Origin: Octopus sinensis
Taxonomy: Eukaryota
Direction of reading: 5' to 3'
Length of the DNA stretch: 11,936 nt
Assembly (NCBI RefSeq): GCF_006345805.1
Contig: NW_021826807.1
Span: 1 to 11,936 of the forward strand
The stretch's first letter is position 1, and each line of letters opens with the position of its first letter. Position numbers and translations under genes: made by a program. This document shows positions 8,469-11,936 of the stretch, in pieces. A model generated the notes under the pieces. The model was not told the origin of the DNA. It worked only from the letters and a program-made list of their open reading frames with translations, and did not search any database.

Positions 8469-8812
8469 TAGGCACTCGCATAAATAGACTTTGGAGAGCA
8501 TAGAACGTTCTCCATTTTAAATAAAATGCTCGCTCTATGAATATACATCTCGCAGCTGCCGATTCCATTGTAAGTCTACTAATGGCGACTGTGCTACACA
8601 AAGCTATAATATAATGTATAACCAAACTTGCAAATCTATGTTTGGTCTCTTGCTTAACAACTATTTCTCGCAGACACCATAATTTAACTTAATTTGCCTT
8701 TATTAATTTTATAAATTTCATCCAATTTCTTCCAATTTTGTTACATTTTATCAAGATTTTATCAGTTCAATATTCTTTTAACTATTATCAGAATTTATGA
8801 ATTATACATCAG

Positions 8813-8890
8813 GTTGTAAAGTACAGCAACATCGAAAGGTTACAGAATGGCAGAAGCAGACGCGGATACGGTGAATGTTGAAATGTTAAG
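8813..8890 (+). CDS. Candidate short first-coding exon of an unidentified host gene (MAEADADTVNVEML...)
   Basis: ATG at 8847 in AGAATGG context, 14 codons plus 2 nt, then AAG|GTAATT donor at 8890/8891. Possible acceptors CAG at 8791 or 8812, after a T-rich tract. No homology recognised. Confidence 0.3.
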
Positions 8891-9052
8891 GTAATTAAGG
8901 TGAGACTAAAAGATATGATTAAAGAATAACGGATGTAGTTTAGGGGTCAATGAAGACAAAAAAAAAAAATGAATGGTGAGATGTAAATATACTCGTGGAA
9001 GTGGCGTTGCAATTCAATAAAAATTTCTGTTGAAAGTGATATGGTATTGGTG

Positions 9053-9222
9053 AAGGTATGATTGATGAGTGTGTGGTTCAGAAGTTCACTTCGCAATCAC
9101 GTCCTTGGGAGTTCAATCCCATATCGCCGCGTCTTGGATAGGCGTCTTCAACAATAACACCGTGCAATAATACCTTATGAGTCTATTTGGTAGGTAGAAG
9201 CATGTAGAAACCGTATATATAT

Positions 9223-9264
<42 letters not shown>

Positions 9265-9308
9265 ATATATATATAATATATACGCGCTCGCACATACACA
9301 CACATACA

Positions 9309-9357
<49 letters not shown>

Positions 9358-9602
9358 CACGTGATCATGGGACCGACCAGATGTTGTTACGCATGGCTGG
9401 TCACAATGCGTTTTGCGTTTTTGGCCTTCAAATGACGCCACCCCGCGGGTTTGGTGAGGCAGGGGGACTGGAGCAACGGAAAATGAAGTGTTTTGCTCAA
9501 GAGCACAACGCGCCACCCAATCAGGGAAGCGAACCCACGATTTGGCGATCGAGAGTACCACAGGGCTTAACCACCACTAGGCCACGTTGCAGTACATATT
9601 AT

Positions 9603-9658
<56 letters not shown>

Positions 9659-9900
9659 TGTATGTACGTAAGCATTCATGTATAATATTTGTTTGTACCC
9701 CAACAGCACACACAATTTGACGGCTAGTGGTGCTTTGCTTAAATTCTTCTAAATTGGTGTTTCCATAAAAGACGCCAGCGAGATATGTACGAGATTTAAA
9801 AAAATAAATATTCGCTTCGATTTGTTTGAGTGAAACCTTCAAACGTTTGCTCTATTATGACCGCAGTCCAATGATTAGAACAAGTAAAAGAGTAAAGAAA
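9053..9900 (+). mobile_element. tRNA-type SINE family B with internal microsatellite, interrupted by a nested SINE
   Basis: Head 9053-9214 has GTGTGTGGTTCAGAAG and B-box GAGTTCAATCCC (9109-9120) and runs into (TA)n. Body resumes ~9690 and ends in GACCGCAGTCCAATGATTAGAACAAGTAAAAGAGTAAAG (9859-9897). Linking head and tail relies on my recollection of an octopus SINE consensus and is unverified. Confidence 0.6.
9358..9590 (-). mobile_element. tRNA-derived SINE family C
   Basis: Minus strand: A-box TGGCCTAGTGG (9584-9574), B-box GGGTTCGCTTCCC (9536-9524), then TTGTGCTCTTGAGCAAAACACTT (9508-9486), resembling the GTGTCCTTGAGCAAGACACT central-domain motif of widespread metazoan SINEs. Confidence 0.8.
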
Positions 9901-10120
9901 GAAAATGGAAACTTTTCTGTTGGAACCTGCACAACCGGATTAGAAGCTATGAGGGGATTTATTTCCACTGTTGTGAGACCGCTCAAGTCCTATCAATGCC
10001 AGAAAAAGTTCAACAAAGAACCAATGCCAGAAAGAACCTAGCACAAACATCACTTAGAAATTATATTAATAATAGCAAGAGCAGGAATGCAAGCAAAAGC
10101 AGAAGTAGATAGATTGATAA

Positions 10121-10151
<31 letters not shown>

Positions 10152-10225
10152 GAGAGAGAAGAGACCATGCTGCTATCAGCATTATTCAGTATTACCTGAC
10201 ACCTTTGGGTCTCAATGACACCAAA

Positions 10226-10274
<49 letters not shown>

Positions 10275-10275
10275 G

Positions 10276-10306
<31 letters not shown>

Positions 10307-10503
10307 CAGACCTAGATTTGCAGAAGAAAATGGCATCTGGTATAATCCTCTGAGTAATTTTACCACAGTTAACACAACAGAAAACATTTCCACCTTGAGT
10401 ATACACTCACTGACGCGTGCACGCAAACACACACAGACACACACACGAACACACACACACATACACACACAAACTCGTACACACACACAGACACACACAC
10501 ACA
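10121..10503. repeat. Cluster of (GA)n, (TA)n and (CA)n microsatellites
   Basis: (GA)n ~10121-10160, (TA)n ~10232-10270, (GA)n ~10278-10305, (CA)n-rich ~10425-10503. Confidence 0.9.
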
Positions 10504-10872
10504 TGTAATATATTCCAGAATTTTGAATATGTCAGCCCTAACATATCTGACTACATTACTTTCACTTTCGCACAAAATTTAGCTAAACATCAACTTAAAG
10601 GAGGCCAAACCCTGCAGGGTCAGTAACAATTCTTGGAACACCAACTGTCACATGGCCTCCGCCTCACAAATGTAACGCTGTGGACTGACACCTGATTACT
10701 CAATTGGATTTCTTTCGATTTTCATCATCATCACCTTTATTAACCTCTTCGGTCTCACCTTCGTTCTCATCAACATTCTTTTTCTCCTCCTCACCTCATT
10801 TCATTCTCCTCTCTTTCTTATCTTCATTGAAATCTTCTCGTTCACTATCATCATCATCACCATCATCATTAC

Positions 10873-10924
10873 CTTCTTCTTCTTCTTCTTCTTCTTCTTC
10901 TTCTTCTTCTTCTTCTTCTTCTTC
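10873..10924. repeat. (CTT)n microsatellite within a pyrimidine-rich tract
   Basis: Directly visible; explains the poly-Ser ORF 10704-11003. Confidence 0.95.
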
Positions 10925-11358
10925 TCTTCTTCTTCGTTTCCTCCACCTCTCATCTAACAGCCTTTTCTTAGTTTTTTTCTTCCTCCTTCTCCTCCCTCAG
11001 TAGCCTTCCTCTTTATCTCCTCCCTCCTTTCCTCTCGACCCCTCTCTCATCTACTCTACCTCCAAAATTTGCTATACCTCTCAGATGGTCACCCATTTCC
11101 CAAAACGTTTCTTCTTCACATCTGTCTGCTCTTTAAATGTTTTATCTTCGTTACTTTCTCTCTTTACATAATTAATGTTCAAACTCCTGATTATAGTCAC
11201 TCATTACATAATTAATAATATTTAATGTATTTTTGACATTTTCCACATCTTTCAAAATTTACAAATATATTTTTTTTATTTTATTCCTTACCTTAACTCT
11301 TCACTTTCATTCATCAACAGTTCTCTACGCCACTAAATTCTCTTTTGCTCTCTCTATC

Positions 11359-11386
11359 AATAATAATAATAATAATAATAATAACA

Positions 11387-11468
<82 letters not shown>
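11359..11468. repeat. (AAT)n microsatellite, probably the expanded 3' tail of the adjacent minus-strand SINE
   Basis: Directly abuts the 3' end of the SINE at 11470-11680. Confidence 0.9.
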
Positions 11469-11469
<1 letters not shown>

Positions 11470-11680
11470 TTCTATTTTTGGCACAAGGTAAGTAATTGCT
11501 GGCTTGGAGCTGCTAGGTACATTCTATCGACTCCAGGGCTTTATTGGCACTTATTTTATCGAACCAAAAAGGATTAAAGTCAAAGACGACTTTGGTGGAA
11601 TTCGAACTCAAAACATGAAGATGAACGAAATTCCGTTAAGCGTTTTTGCCCGGCATGCTAACGATTGTGCCTGATCGACG
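11470..11680 (-). mobile_element. tRNA-type SINE family A, copy 3 (more diverged)
   Basis: Reverse complement reads GGCACAATCGTTAGCATGCCGGGC...GTTTTGAGTTCGAATTCCACCAAAGTCG...CGATAAAATAAGTGCCAA...CCTTGTGCCAAAAATAGAAA, followed by (TTA)n. Confidence 0.8.
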
Positions 11681-11684
11681 CATT

Positions 11685-11686
<2 letters not shown>

Positions 11687-11744
<58 letters not shown>

Positions 11745-11769
11745 TATAATATAGTATATAATAATAATA
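11687..11769. repeat. (AAT)n microsatellite
   Basis: Directly visible. Confidence 0.95.
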
Positions 11770-11936
11770 GGTTCAGTGCTTGGGCCCTTATGTTGATCTT
11801 AGTCTTCATAAATGACTTGCCGACGACCTCACGCAATAAACCCTTCTATTGCCGACGATGTCAAATGGTCGCTCCTCGCGGTGATATAGATGATCTTCGT
11901 CGATGCCTCCACCAAGTTTGGAGTGGTCTGAATAAC
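11770..11936 (+). mobile_element. Non-LTR retrotransposon (LINE, CR1/L2/Jockey-like) RT fragment, frameshifted
   Basis: GSVLGPL (11770-11790), FINDL (11805-11819), ADDVK (11851-11865), then VAPRGDIDDLRRCLHQVWS. This is the QGSVLGPLLF..YINDL...FADD RT signature broken by several small indels; it runs off the window edge. Confidence 0.85.

Noticed and set aside
9050-9590. tRNA genes suggested by A/B boxes
   Set aside because: No cloverleaf or acceptor stem; the boxes continue into SINE bodies.
10704-11577. Poly-Ser and poly-Asn ORFs
   Set aside because: Translations of (CTT)n and (AAT)n.
1-11936. CRISPR array or prokaryotic operon
   Set aside because: No regularly spaced direct repeats with unique spacers and no gene-dense coding; the sequence is eukaryotic in character.

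Overview
AT-rich, microsatellite-dense animal genomic DNA, probably intronic or intergenic. The repeat landscape resembles what I recall of octopus genomes; this is an unverified inference. No intact protein-coding gene is supported, and almost all ORFs in the track are translations of (TA)n, (CA)n, (GA)n, (AAT)n, (GAT)n or (CTT)n. Recognisable content: a decayed Penelope-like (PLE) reverse transcriptase remnant with a YMDD motif (~1050-1600), three copies of one tRNA-type SINE family, a second SINE with a third SINE nested in its internal microsatellite, the 3' end of a mariner transposon, and a LINE RT fragment at the right edge. The most interesting signal is a set of type I hammerhead-ribozyme-like motifs with short palindromic stem III, unrelated to each other in sequence: 5882-5924 (minus, intact core), 8240-8302 (plus, variant core), 989-1025 (plus, decayed, just upstream of the PLE RT), and weaker candidates at 5214-5246 and 4141-4183. 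Two lie at the inner edge of long inverted repeats flanked by (TA)n, and in one case the repeat boundary coincides with the predicted cleavage site. One short candidate host exon (8813-8890) is also noted.
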